From the NCBI GenBank assembly GCA_046313635.1, contig JBKBYA010000005.1:169529-233528 (forward strand): a stretch of DNA of 64,000 bases, given 5' to 3'. The position numbers and the translations under genes are program-made. The notes under the pieces were generated by a model. It ran no database searches, was not told the origin of the DNA, and worked only from the letters and a program-made list of their open reading frames with translations. Source of the stretch: Pyrinomonadaceae bacterium. GTDB taxonomy: Bacteria > Acidobacteriota > Blastocatellia > Pyrinomonadales > Pyrinomonadaceae. Below, in pieces: positions 8,592-18,100 of the stretch. Every line of letters begins with the position of its first letter. Within the stretch, counting starts at the first letter, position 1.

Positions 8592-9245
8592 ATGCTGTTC
8601 GGCAAATCATTGGCGATCGATGACAACGAGCTCGAGCACGTCGCGTCCGCGGCGAGGCAGGCGTCGGCACGGAGTTTTGCCGAGGTCGAGTTCATTGAAA
8701 GATTGCGGTCCGGCGAGGCGGAGGCATTCGACGAGCTCGTCACACGCTACTCGAACGACATCTTTGCCCTGCTGTGCAGGATGACGGGCGACCCTGACGA
8801 GGCAAAAGACCTGACTCAGGACACCTTTGTAAGGGCGCTGAGAGCGATCGGCGGATTTCGCGGCGAATCGGGTTTGAAAACATGGCTATTCCGGATCGCG
8901 GTCAACGAGTCCCGCAACCGGTTTCGCTGGTGGAAGCGGCGGCGGCGCGGGCAGACCGTCTCGCTCGACCAGCCGATCGGTGAGAGCGAGGCTTTGATCC
9001 ACGACACTATCGCCGGCGGGGGAGCAAGTCCTGAGGACGAGGCCCTCCGCCGCGAACGCGAGGCCCTGCTGCAGCGAGCTCTGCTCGCGCTGCCGGACGC
9101 GTACCGCGAGACGGTGATACTTTTTGACATTCATGGGCTGAGCTATGAGCAGATCAGCCAGACGCTCGAGATCAGTATGGGCACCGTGAAATCGCGCATC
9201 GCCCGGGGCCGCGAAGAGCTCCGCAGGAAGCTCAAGGGCTATTGA
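8592..9245 (+). CDS. ECF RNA polymerase sigma factor (RpoE/SigW-like)
   Basis: DEAKDLTQDTF, KTWLFRIAVN, GLSYEQISQTLEISMGTVKSRIARGR. Confidence 0.92.
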   Translation: MLFGKSLAIDDNELEHVASAARQASARSFAEVEFIERLRSGEAEAFDELVTRYSNDIFALLCRMTGDPDEAKDLTQDTFVRALRAIGGFRGESGLKTWLFRIAVNESRNRFRWWKRRRRGQTVSLDQPIGESEALIHDTIAGGGASPEDEALRREREALLQRALLALPDAYRETVILFDIHGLSYEQISQTLEISMGTVKSRIARGREELRRKLKGY

Positions 9246-9452
9246 AAAACTAACGGACGGCTGTCTCGCCCCGGTTACTTTGAATATCTCCGGTGCCAAG
9301 CGAGAGGTCAAAGGAGGCGACGGCCAGACGCGTCGTGCGAGAGATATCTCGCAGACCGCATCGGCCTGAGCATGTTTTCCGAGACCGGGAAACGACCGGG
9401 GTCAGAGAGCCGTTCGTCCCGCAGGTGCCGGCGAGGCCCGGCGCTGAATACT

Positions 9453-10268
9453 ATGAGATGTGAAGAACTACAACTGAACCTCGCGCTTTACGACGATGAT
9501 GAAGCCTTGTCCGAGGTCGAGCGCCGCCAGTTGGACGAGCATCTTCATTCATGTCCGGTCTGCCGGATGAAGCTCGCCGATACACGCGACGTGCTCCGCG
9601 ATCTTCGCACGCTGCAGCGCCCTGCCTTGTCTTACGATCGGCTGGAGCAGATCCGCGTCGCCGTCGCAGCCGAGACCGGAGGTTCGAGCGTTACGGGCGG
9701 CACGCCGGCGTCGGCCGGCGGCAGCTGGACGCAGAGGTGGCTGATGCCCCTCACGGTCGGCGGGTTTGCATCGCTGCTGATGGCGACGCTCTTGGTGAAT
9801 GCCCTGTACATCAGCGGCGTGCGGCGGATAGCCTTATCGAGCGGCGGCAGTTCGATCGATTATGTCGAAACGGCGACCAATACGATGCCCGGCTCGACGT
9901 ACGCGGCAATATCCCCGTCCGAGTATGTGCGAACGCGAATGGACGTCTCCAGCGAATCGCCGAGCGTCAATCCTAACGGAGCGCTCATCGCCCTCACCCG
10001 CTCGCTGATGCGCGGCGAAATGCGCGACGACGAGGTCGTCGTGGTCGCCGAGGTTTTTGGCAACGGGCTGGCGAGGATCGACGAGATCGTCGAGCCGTCG
10101 CACGATCGCCGCGCCGTCCGCGAGCTTCAAAAGGCGCTGCAGTCCGACCCGGCCTTTGCGCCCTTTGTACCGGCGCAGCTCGACGGCCGCTCCGATTCGG
10201 TCAAGGTCATCCTCAAGCTGCAGACCGTTGACGTAAAGACCCGGGGTCCGCGAAACCGCAAGCTCTAG
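9453..10268 (+). CDS. Zinc-binding (ZAS, zf-HC2) membrane anti-sigma factor
   Basis: Start MRCEELQ at 9453; HLHSCPVC (HxxxCxxC); one TM helix; extracytoplasmic C-terminal domain; follows the ECF sigma gene. Confidence 0.85.
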   Translation: MRCEELQLNLALYDDDEALSEVERRQLDEHLHSCPVCRMKLADTRDVLRDLRTLQRPALSYDRLEQIRVAVAAETGGSSVTGGTPASAGGSWTQRWLMPLTVGGFASLLMATLLVNALYISGVRRIALSSGGSSIDYVETATNTMPGSTYAAISPSEYVRTRMDVSSESPSVNPNGALIALTRSLMRGEMRDDEVVVVAEVFGNGLARIDEIVEPSHDRRAVRELQKALQSDPAFAPFVPAQLDGRSDSVKVILKLQTVDVKTRGPRNRKL

Positions 10269-10337
10269 CCGCCGGCGGCGAGCTTTAATCCAACCTTGCT
10301 TTGCCCGCGAATATCAAATGTTCGCGGGCAAATTCTT

Positions 10338-11531
10338 ATGCATCTCAATCTCGATCTTCAGTCGATCTGGAACGCCTTCAGCGGCGGAGCGGCCGCGGCC
10401 TTCGACGCTCTTGCCGACCTCATCCATGGCGACCCCGAAAACCTCAGGGACGGGACGGAATTCGATCCGGTGAAGCTGCCGCGAGACCTCGCGGCCCATT
10501 CCGGCGTGCAGACGGAATGGTGGTACTACACGGGCCATCTATCCTCGGCGAGCGGCAGGCGATTTGGGTTTGAGCTCGTCTTTTTCAAGCGCCGGACCGA
10601 TCTCGACCGGTTCGCCGTGGTTCCTCTGCGTCTGCTCGGCAATCCGATCCATTTCGCGCATTTCGCCGTCACAGACCTCGACCGGGGCACATTCAAGTAC
10701 GCGCACCGCAAGAGTTCGAACGGCCGGCTCGAGTCGCCCGCCGCAGCATCCGAGGAACATCTTTATCTAAGCCTCGGAGATTGGAGCGTTCGCGAGTCGC
10801 GGGGGTCGCATCTGCTGCGCGCATCGCTCGAAGGCTGCGTTCTCGAGCTGACGCTCACGCCAGCCAAGCCGGTCGTGCTCAACGGGCGAAACGGCGTCTC
10901 CTTCAAGGACGAGGGGCAGGCGAGCCGATACTTCAGCTACACGAGAATGATCGCCGAGGGCGACATCCTGGTCGGCGGCCGAGTCGAGCGAGTCGGCGGC
11001 TCGGCGTGGATGGACCGCGAGTTCGGCACATGGGAGCCGACCGAGAATCAGAAGGGCTGGGATTGGTTCTCGATCCAGATGGACGACGACACCGAGCTGA
11101 TGTGCTATCAGCTCCGGCGAGCGGACGGCAGTGTTTCGAGCTATTCAAGCGGCAGCTTTGTCGACCGCGACGGGCAGGTGACTCCGCTCGTTCACAGAGA
11201 CTTTTCGATCACGCCGCTCGGCACTTGGACGAGTCCTCGTTCCGGTGCGAGCTACCCGAGCCGCTGGCGGGTCGCGGTACCGAAACTCGGCCTCGAGCTC
11301 GACATCGAACCGGTGCTCGCCGATCAGGAACTCGACACACGCGGCACGACTATGATCGTCTATTGGGAAGGTGCATGCGTCGTCGGCGGGAACAGAGGCG
11401 GCAAGCCGGTCGGCGGACGCGCGTATGTCGAGCTCGTCGGCTACGACCGCTCGCACGAGCAGCCGAATCTCGCATACTTTTTGATGGGCGACCGGGTCGA
11501 CCTCGTCCGGCGGATCATCGGCACAAAATAG
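10338..11531 (+). CDS. AttH/CrtC-like lipocalin-fold hydrolase
   Basis: AHSGVQTEWWYYTGHL, SRYFSYTR, GSAWMDREF, GWDWFSIQ, YWEGAC, GRAYVELVGY. Confidence 0.85.
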   Translation: MHLNLDLQSIWNAFSGGAAAAFDALADLIHGDPENLRDGTEFDPVKLPRDLAAHSGVQTEWWYYTGHLSSASGRRFGFELVFFKRRTDLDRFAVVPLRLLGNPIHFAHFAVTDLDRGTFKYAHRKSSNGRLESPAAASEEHLYLSLGDWSVRESRGSHLLRASLEGCVLELTLTPAKPVVLNGRNGVSFKDEGQASRYFSYTRMIAEGDILVGGRVERVGGSAWMDREFGTWEPTENQKGWDWFSIQMDDDTELMCYQLRRADGSVSSYSSGSFVDRDGQVTPLVHRDFSITPLGTWTSPRSGASYPSRWRVAVPKLGLELDIEPVLADQELDTRGTTMIVYWEGACVVGGNRGGKPVGGRAYVELVGYDRSHEQPNLAYFLMGDRVDLVRRIIGTK

Positions 11532-11575
11532 AAACGGCGCCGAGAGATCCACATCCGGCGCCGCTTCATTCATTT
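11532..11575. terminator. Hairpin between convergent genes
   Basis: GAAACGGCGCCG...CGGCGCCGCTTC. Confidence 0.5.
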
Positions 11576-11587
11576 CCGCAGATCGTT

Positions 11588-13066
11588 TTAGAGCTTATCT
11601 ATCTCCGCCTTTAATTTTGCCGCGAGCGCGGGGTCGAGCGTCAAAAGGCTGTTGTACTGCTCGAGTGCGGCGGCTTTGTTCCTCTTGACGGTCTGGACGA
11701 TACCGAGATTGAATCTCGCTCTTGCGAAAGCAGGGTTAAGCTCGATCACTCGAGTGTACGACCCGATCGCCTTGTCCAGCTGATCGTCCGCATAATAAGC
11801 GTTAACGAACAGAGAGACCGCGTCGATCGAATCTGGGCTTTCCTGCACCATCTTTTCCATCCCCTCGACTGTGCGGTCGAATGCCCGCGCCGCCTCGGCG
11901 GCACGGCCGGCGCCCTTGTAGGCGCGGCCGAGATAGAAGTTGGTCTCGCCGTCGCCCGGCTTGAGCCTCAACGCCGAATTGCACTCGGCTATCGCCATTA
12001 GAAACTTACCCTGATCGTTATACGCGCGGCACAGGTTTGTATAGGCCATCGGCAGGTCGGGAGCGAGCTGAATGCCGGCCTTCGCCGCGGCGACCGCGTC
12101 GTCAGTGCGGTTTTCGAGGCTGTAAAAAAAGCTCGCGTCGGTGTACAGCTCGCCGGCCACGCGCCGCAGTCTCGCGACCTCGTCCTTTGAATTAGGATCG
12201 GACGCCAGCTCGCCGATCCTCTTATTGACCTCTGAGATCGCCCGCCGCGTCGAGGCCAGCGCTTCCGTCACTTTGCCCTGCGAACGGTAGATCTCTGATA
12301 TCTCGCGATAGAGCTCGTACGAGGCCGGCCTCGCCGTGATCGCACGCTGGTAAGCCTCGATCGCCTCGTCATACCGCTTCATTCGCCGCAGACCGTCGGC
12401 GACGATGGCATAGGCCTCGGCGGCGTTTGCCGAACCGTTCGAGACGGCATTTCGCGCGGCTTCGACCGACTCGGGCCAGCGCCCGGCCTTGCGATGGATC
12501 TGGGCGATCTTAAAGTAGATCTCGCCCCGATTCACAGCATTGGGCAGGACGCGCTGGTAGACGTCCAGCGCGCCGGCGTGATCGCCGCGGGCAAACAGTA
12601 CATCGCCGAGGGCGAGCTGAAGGTCGCGGTTGGTCGGCGAGATCGTCAGGCCGCTCCGGACGTCTGCCAGTGCCGCTTCGTAATTCCCCTTCTGCAGATG
12701 AATATTCCAACGGAAGAGATACACGTCGAGCGGCCTCTTAAAACCCTTTTGCAGCGCCGCGTCAAACTCGGCCAGCGCTTCGTCGGCCTGCTTGAGATAG
12801 GCGTGGGCCGCGCCTTTCCAAAAATGGGTTTCCGCGTTCTGCGGATCGGCCTGCAGCGAGAGAGCGTAGCCCTCGATCGCCGCCTGGTAATTCTTCAGCC
12901 GGAAATTGCGGTCCGCCGACTCTCTCAGGTCGCGGGCCCGCCGCTGGTCGCGGCGATCCTGGCCGTCAGACACGCCGGTGCAAAGCATCATCAGCACGAC
13001 GATGGCGACGGCGGCAAACGCTCTGTGAATTTTCCTTGTTCTCATAACAAGCAGATCTGAGGTCAC
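11588..13066 (-). CDS. Exported multi-TPR protein
   Basis: Signal peptide followed by many TPR repeats; GTG start overlaps the kinase stop (GTGA), alternative ATG at 13045. Confidence 0.85.
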   Translation of the reverse strand: MTSDLLVMRTRKIHRAFAAVAIVVLMMLCTGVSDGQDRRDQRRARDLRESADRNFRLKNYQAAIEGYALSLQADPQNAETHFWKGAAHAYLKQADEALAEFDAALQKGFKRPLDVYLFRWNIHLQKGNYEAALADVRSGLTISPTNRDLQLALGDVLFARGDHAGALDVYQRVLPNAVNRGEIYFKIAQIHRKAGRWPESVEAARNAVSNGSANAAEAYAIVADGLRRMKRYDEAIEAYQRAITARPASYELYREISEIYRSQGKVTEALASTRRAISEVNKRIGELASDPNSKDEVARLRRVAGELYTDASFFYSLENRTDDAVAAAKAGIQLAPDLPMAYTNLCRAYNDQGKFLMAIAECNSALRLKPGDGETNFYLGRAYKGAGRAAEAARAFDRTVEGMEKMVQESPDSIDAVSLFVNAYYADDQLDKAIGSYTRVIELNPAFARARFNLGIVQTVKRNKAAALEQYNSLLTLDPALAAKLKAEIDKL

Positions 13067-14874
13067 TGCACAATGTCGGGCCGGCTGGTCACCGGCTTGG
13101 GTTTGCCCGCGGGTTTCGATGCGGGAGTTCCCGGCCTGGCAGCGGTACTTCGACGCGGCGTCGCGGCGCTGGCCGGGCTTTCGACATTTGCGTCTGCGTC
13201 GGTCGCGGCCGTCTCCCCCGCAGCGTCTGTCGACGTGTTGGCGGGAACGCTATTTGACGGCACGAGGGTTTCGACGACCGGCGGCGTCTCGGTGTTTGCG
13301 TTCTCTCCGGTCGCTGCCGCATCGGAGGGCGGCGGTATGACCGCCTCGATCGTCGGCATCGGTGTGGGCTCGGGCGGCGCAGTTGCGGCTGAATTCAGGT
13401 TCCGGTAGACATACCAGCCGGCCACGCCCGCGGCCGCCGAGACTACCAAAAGGATCCCGATAATACCGATGGCAAGCGGCGCACGCGAACGCTTTTGCGT
13501 CGCCTTTGCTCGTCCCTGCGCGGGGGTCGGCGGTTCGGCTTCGTTTACACGCGTGACCGGCGCCGCAGGCGCGGGAGGCACGCTCTCCGCCGGTGCGGCG
13601 CCGTACAGGTCCGTCGCCGCCGGAGCGGTCTCAAGCCGCGCCGCGGGCGGGGCCGTGCCGACTGCGCCCCCGGCGGCGAGGCCGACCGGGTGCGCGGCGG
13701 CTTGCGGGTCCACGATGTCCGCAAGCGGGATCTGGCCAGCCTGATATACCTCGGTCTTTATATCCGACTGCCGTATCGGACTCTCCGCGACCGGCTCGGT
13801 ATAACGGATCGTCGCGTCAAACTCAGGAGACGGAGGAGCCGGGTCTGGGATCGTCACGGGACGCGGCGAATCTCCGCCCCGTATCCTTGTCGCCTCTTCG
13901 CCGGACATCGAAACATGCGACGACGCTCCGCTGACGCCGCGCGACGGCTCGGCTGCGACCGGGCGAAGGTCGGCCGAGCTCAACGACGCGACCTCTTTTG
14001 GCGCGGCGGCTTCACCGGCCTGTGTGTAGGCCTTTCGAAGCGCCCGCTGCATCTCTTTCGCGTTGGCAAAGCGCCTCTCCTGGCTCACCTCCATTCCGTG
14101 CAGGATCACCTCTGAGACGGCGGTGGAGACCTCCGGATTGAGTACGTCGATCGGCACGATCGGATCCTGACTGCCGTTCAGCAGTGCGTCGGCACGCGTC
14201 AACGCGTCCGGCGGAACTACATTCGTCAACAGCTGATAGAGCGTTGCCGAAAGCGAGTAAAGGTCGCTTCTAGGGCTCGTGCCGGTACCCCGGATCTGTT
14301 CCATCGGCGCGTAATGCGGCGTGTAGCCGACCACGCTGCCCGTCGAGCCCGAGCTGCTGCCGGACGAAACACGCGACTGTCCGGTCGAGTTCTTTGCCAG
14401 CCCGAAGTCGAGCAGAACGATGTGATTCTCGTCCGTCAGCTTCAGATTTTGAGGCTTGATGTCGCGATGGATGATCGGCGGCTCGTGCGAGTGCAGATAT
14501 GCAAGAGCGTCCAGAAGCTGGTCGGCCCAGTAGAGCACCCAGTTTACGGGAAACGGCTTCTGCGCGGCCTCGAGGCGCTTGCAGAGGTCGTCGCCGGCGA
14601 TGTGCTCCATCACAAGGTACTGCTCGCCGCCCTCGAGAAAGTGGTCGCTGACCTTCGGCAGCACCGGATGACGCAGCCTCGCGAGCGTGCGGGCCTCTCG
14701 CTCAAAGGCCCCGCCGAGCATCTCGTCGTCGGCAAAAAAAGTGCGCTTGAGCGCCACGGCGCTCCCGAGCCGCTGGTCGACGGCAAGATAGACCTCGCCC
14801 ATCCCGCCCTTCCCGATCAGGTGGACAATAAGGTACCTATTTTGGATCAGCGAATTCGGAGCTAGAGATTTCAT
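13063..14874 (-). CDS. Hanks-type Ser/Thr protein kinase with TM helix
   Basis: IGKGGMGEVY, ALK, HRDIKPQN, DFG, TPHYAPMEQ, SDLYSL; Pro/Ala linker; TM; low-complexity external tail. Confidence 0.93.
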   Translation of the reverse strand: MKSLAPNSLIQNRYLIVHLIGKGGMGEVYLAVDQRLGSAVALKRTFFADDEMLGGAFEREARTLARLRHPVLPKVSDHFLEGGEQYLVMEHIAGDDLCKRLEAAQKPFPVNWVLYWADQLLDALAYLHSHEPPIIHRDIKPQNLKLTDENHIVLLDFGLAKNSTGQSRVSSGSSSGSTGSVVGYTPHYAPMEQIRGTGTSPRSDLYSLSATLYQLLTNVVPPDALTRADALLNGSQDPIVPIDVLNPEVSTAVSEVILHGMEVSQERRFANAKEMQRALRKAYTQAGEAAAPKEVASLSSADLRPVAAEPSRGVSGASSHVSMSGEEATRIRGGDSPRPVTIPDPAPPSPEFDATIRYTEPVAESPIRQSDIKTEVYQAGQIPLADIVDPQAAAHPVGLAAGGAVGTAPPAARLETAPAATDLYGAAPAESVPPAPAAPVTRVNEAEPPTPAQGRAKATQKRSRAPLAIGIIGILLVVSAAAGVAGWYVYRNLNSAATAPPEPTPMPTIEAVIPPPSDAAATGENANTETPPVVETLVPSNSVPANTSTDAAGETAATDADANVESPASAATPRRSTAARPGTPASKPAGKPKPVTSRPDIVQ

Positions 14875-14955
14875 TATTTTTTGTTCCTTGGGAGAGCGCC
14901 GCGTGATTATTCTCGATTAAATGAGATGAAACATCAACACCTGCGGGATGTCGTG

Positions 14956-15435
14956 TCAGCGAGCGGGAGTCCGAGGGTTTTCGGCCGCCGGGCGGCCCAC
15001 GTGCTGCCAACAGCGATCGCCGCGATTCTTGACGCGGCGTGTACACGGCGTGTTCTTTTTGGTCGTCGCGCCGCAGTAATAGACCGCTTTATCCTGAGGC
15101 ATGGCAGCCGCAGGTGGGACGGTGACCGCAGCGGCAGCCGGCGGATCGCTCTGAGGCGCTGCCGCGGCGGGCCGCGGATCGGGCCGGTCGGCGAGCCGGG
15201 CGCTTACGGCGTGAGCGTTAGCCGGCGGGCTGCCGGAGGGCGGCGTTCTAAGGTAACTTGCGATACCGAGCAGCCCGAGAAAGGCGATGACCGAAACGGC
15301 GAGTTTAGGCGCGGCGTCAAAGATCCAGTAATCGGTCTCGCACAGCTCGCAGAAGCGTTTTGCCGACCAGATCGGCCAATGAATGCGTTCGATCTTTTCG
15401 CCGCAGTTGCAGCAGAAGTTTGGGGTATAACGCAT
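14956..15435 (-). CDS. Hypothetical membrane protein with two Cys/His clusters
   Basis: N-terminal CCNC...CELC, TM helix, Pro/Ala linker, C-terminal C-x9-C-x10-C-x2-H. Confidence 0.7.
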   Translation of the reverse strand: MRYTPNFCCNCGEKIERIHWPIWSAKRFCELCETDYWIFDAAPKLAVSVIAFLGLLGIASYLRTPPSGSPPANAHAVSARLADRPDPRPAAAAPQSDPPAAAAVTVPPAAAMPQDKAVYYCGATTKKNTPCTRRVKNRGDRCWQHVGRPAAENPRTPAR

Positions 15436-15600
15436 CGGTCTGCCTTTGTCTGCGATCGCATTTAACGCGGCGCAGCGATCGATCGGACGGTGGAGGTGCG
15501 AGCAGATTATATTTCATAAGTGTTAGAATGTTAAGGCTTTTTTGAGCTGGGACGGATGCAACCGGACCGCCGCGGCGGGCGTCTGAATACCGTATCGAGT

Positions 15601-16590
15601 ATGCCAATATCCAAGATCCTGTTTCTTTTTGCACTCATCGCCGCCGCCGCCTCGCTCGCTTCGGCGCAAGATGACGACCCGGTCAAGATCGACACGTCGA
15701 TCGTGAGACTGAACGTGGGCGTCGTCGACAAGCGCGGCCGGCCGATCACGACATTGACGCGATCTAATTTTTCGGTATTTGAGAATGGCGTCAAGCAGGA
15801 CATCTCAAGGTTTGAGCCGACCGCCGCTCCCTTCAGCCTGGTGATTGTCCTCGATATGAGCGGCTCGACGCTGTCGATGCGGCAGGTGATGAAGCAGTCC
15901 GCGTTTCGCTTCATTGACGCTCTCTCGCCGGAAGACCGGATCGCGGTCGTGGAGTTTTACGACAAGATAAATCTTCGGAACGATTTCACGACCGACCGGC
16001 GGACGATCGCAAACTCGATCGAGGTCTCGAATGGCCGCGGCAAGACGCAGTTTTACAAGGCTCTCGATTTTGCTTTGAACAAATTGGCCGGCGAGGGCAG
16101 CCGTCGAAAAGCGGTCATCGTCCTCTCCGACGGTGTCGATACTACCGTCCGCGATGCCGACCGCGAGTTTCTCTCAAAGCTGCCGGAAGCGTCGGTCCCC
16201 GGCGCGATAAAGCCGGAGGACAGTGCCCTGCTTCAACGCATTCTGAACAAGGCGGACGCTCTGGGTGCGACGATCTATCCGCTTGCGCTGCCGACCGGCG
16301 ATCCGGCCAAGCTCGCCGATCCGACGCCGCGGCAGATCGAGATGTACAAGGCCTCTCGTGCACGGCTGCAAATGGTCGCCGACCGCACCGGCGGGACGCT
16401 GCACAAGATCAATCGGCTCGAAGAGATGGGTACGCTCTACGCCCAGGTCGCGGCGGAGCTGCGGACGCTCTACACAATCGAGTATCAGCCGCAGAACTTA
16501 AAACGCGACGGGGCGTGGCGAACGATACGCATCGAGGTCGATGACCCGGAATTGCTCGCCCGTACGCGTCAGGGGTACTTCGCGCGTTGA
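15601..16590 (+). CDS. Exported VWA domain protein (acidobacterial VWFA-related type)
   Basis: Signal peptide, FSVFENGVKQDISRF, MIDAS DMSGS, VLSDGVD, TGG, YTIEYQP, RTRQGYFA. Confidence 0.88.
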   Translation: MPISKILFLFALIAAAASLASAQDDDPVKIDTSIVRLNVGVVDKRGRPITTLTRSNFSVFENGVKQDISRFEPTAAPFSLVIVLDMSGSTLSMRQVMKQSAFRFIDALSPEDRIAVVEFYDKINLRNDFTTDRRTIANSIEVSNGRGKTQFYKALDFALNKLAGEGSRRKAVIVLSDGVDTTVRDADREFLSKLPEASVPGAIKPEDSALLQRILNKADALGATIYPLALPTGDPAKLADPTPRQIEMYKASRARLQMVADRTGGTLHKINRLEEMGTLYAQVAAELRTLYTIEYQPQNLKRDGAWRTIRIEVDDPELLARTRQGYFAR

Positions 16591-16615
16591 CCGGTACAGC
16601 CGACACTGTCGATGC

Positions 16616-16644
16616 TTGACACTAAAATGTCGAATCGCTAGTCT
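16616..16644 (+). promoter_or_regulatory. Sigma70 promoter of the tRNA gene
   Basis: TTGACA-N17-TAGTCT. Confidence 0.75.
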
Positions 16645-16659
16645 AATTCTTCGCCTTGG

Positions 16660-16736
16660 GCACCCGTAGCTCAGCTGGATAGAGTGCTTGACTACGAATC
16701 AAGAGGTCGCATGTTCGAATCATGCCGGGTGTACCA
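16660..16736 (+). tRNA. tRNA-Arg (ACG)
   Basis: Cloverleaf GCACCCG...CGGGTGT ACCA, anticodon arm CTTGA-CTACGAA-TCAAG, T-loop TTCGAAT, encoded CCA. Confidence 0.97.
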
Positions 16737-16746
16737 CCTTAATCTG

Positions 16747-16777
16747 AAAAAAGGTCGCCGGAAACGGCGGCCTTTTT
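16747..16777. terminator. Intrinsic terminator after the tRNA
   Basis: AAAAAAGGTCGCCG-GAAA-CGGCGGCCTTTTT. Confidence 0.85.
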
Positions 16778-16882
16778 GCGTTTGGATCTGTCGAGCGACC
16801 ATGTTCCGCCTGCTCCGTCCCTGCGGTGAGAAAAGACGGCCGGAACGTGCGGTCGTATTTGCAGACGAGCTCGGGGCGAGAG

Positions 16883-17803
16883 CTAATGCTGCAGAGACCC
16901 CTCCGTGGTCGAAGTATTCTCGCGATACTCGACGTCGACCGACGCCTTTCGATAATTGCTGAAGGCAAACTCGAGCTCGATCTCGTCGTAGATCTCAGGG
17001 TGACCAGCGAAATTGAGCCGCGCAACCGACGGGAACCAGTACCGGCCGGAAACGAGCGTTTGCTCAAAGCGGAGCACGGCCGATGCCGCACGCTCGTCGT
17101 AAGCTGCGGCCCGCACGGCGTCGAAACTCCCTGCCGGATACCCCTCGACGCGAAAGATCCGGCGCGTCGCGTTATCGATCCAGATCTGCCCTTGGATCTT
17201 CGAGAGATAGCGAAGGTGCGGCTCGAGCGTCGCGTCCTGAGCGGGGGCAAAGACGACGACCGTGACCGGCCGTCCGTTCCACTGCGCCTGCTCCGAGCTT
17301 GCCGGCCGGATGCTGCGAAGGAGAGAAAGGATGTCGAAACGCACCTTTTGCTCGTTCGCCCCAAACGCGATGGACCAATACCCTCCGTCGTCGGCCGGAC
17401 CCTCCGAGACCTTGCCGCTTTCGCCCTCGGTCTCAAGCCGCAGGAGTCGTGCGGCCGCCTCCTCGCGTTCGCGCTGGATGTATGCGGTCGACAGTTCATA
17501 CTCGCTGTCGCTTATCAGGATCAGCGGATGGGCGATGTTGCGCTCGCGCGCCAGCCGCGACGGCAAGATCGCCTCGTATATTCTCGTGAATTTGCGTCCG
17601 CCGAATTTGTGCCTTTTGTAATAAACGCGCAGCTGGTACGAGTACTCGAGCACCGCTCCACGCTGCGTGTCGACCGAGGCGTCGGCAAGCAGCTTCGCGA
17701 GATCGGCCGACTGCCCGACGGCCGGCAACGCGGTCAAAGTCAAGATCGAGGTTACGGCGAACAGAAGGCATATATGCACCGTGATCCGTTTTGTCTGTTC
17801 CAT
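16883..17803 (-). CDS. Hypothetical exported beta-rich protein
   Basis: Start MEQTKRI at 17803 with signal peptide; GQIWID, FEQTLV, YWFPS, FSNYRK segments. Confidence 0.7.
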   Translation of the reverse strand: MEQTKRITVHICLLFAVTSILTLTALPAVGQSADLAKLLADASVDTQRGAVLEYSYQLRVYYKRHKFGGRKFTRIYEAILPSRLARERNIAHPLILISDSEYELSTAYIQREREEAAARLLRLETEGESGKVSEGPADDGGYWSIAFGANEQKVRFDILSLLRSIRPASSEQAQWNGRPVTVVVFAPAQDATLEPHLRYLSKIQGQIWIDNATRRIFRVEGYPAGSFDAVRAAAYDERAASAVLRFEQTLVSGRYWFPSVARLNFAGHPEIYDEIELEFAFSNYRKASVDVEYRENTSTTEGSLQH

Positions 17804-18100
17804 TTTTCTTGCTTCGCTACCGCCGAAGCGGCGCAAAAGGCGGCCGCTCGCGGACGTCCGCCGCGGCCGGCGCGGCGGCGGCTCACAAGCTTTTACGCGT
17901 AAATTCATCGCCGGTCGTGTCGGCCGTGCAGCGTCGGTCTGCTGACGTTCTCACGAGGCGCGTAGGGCGGCAGTCGTGCGGTACAATGGCGTGCGAAATA
18001 ATATCTTCGGTAACCGTGCGTCTAGGGCGTGCGTATAACTGGCGAGGCAACTTGCTTTCGGCAGATCAAAATCTAACCCGCGGAGGACCTCAGACCTAAA

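Noticed and set aside
16660..17803. tRNA-Arg as an island integration site
   Set aside because: No integrase and no duplicated tRNA 3' end seen in the window
16826..17902. 358 aa + strand ORF
   Set aside because: Antisense to the signal-peptide-bearing minus-strand gene, with shadow-like composition
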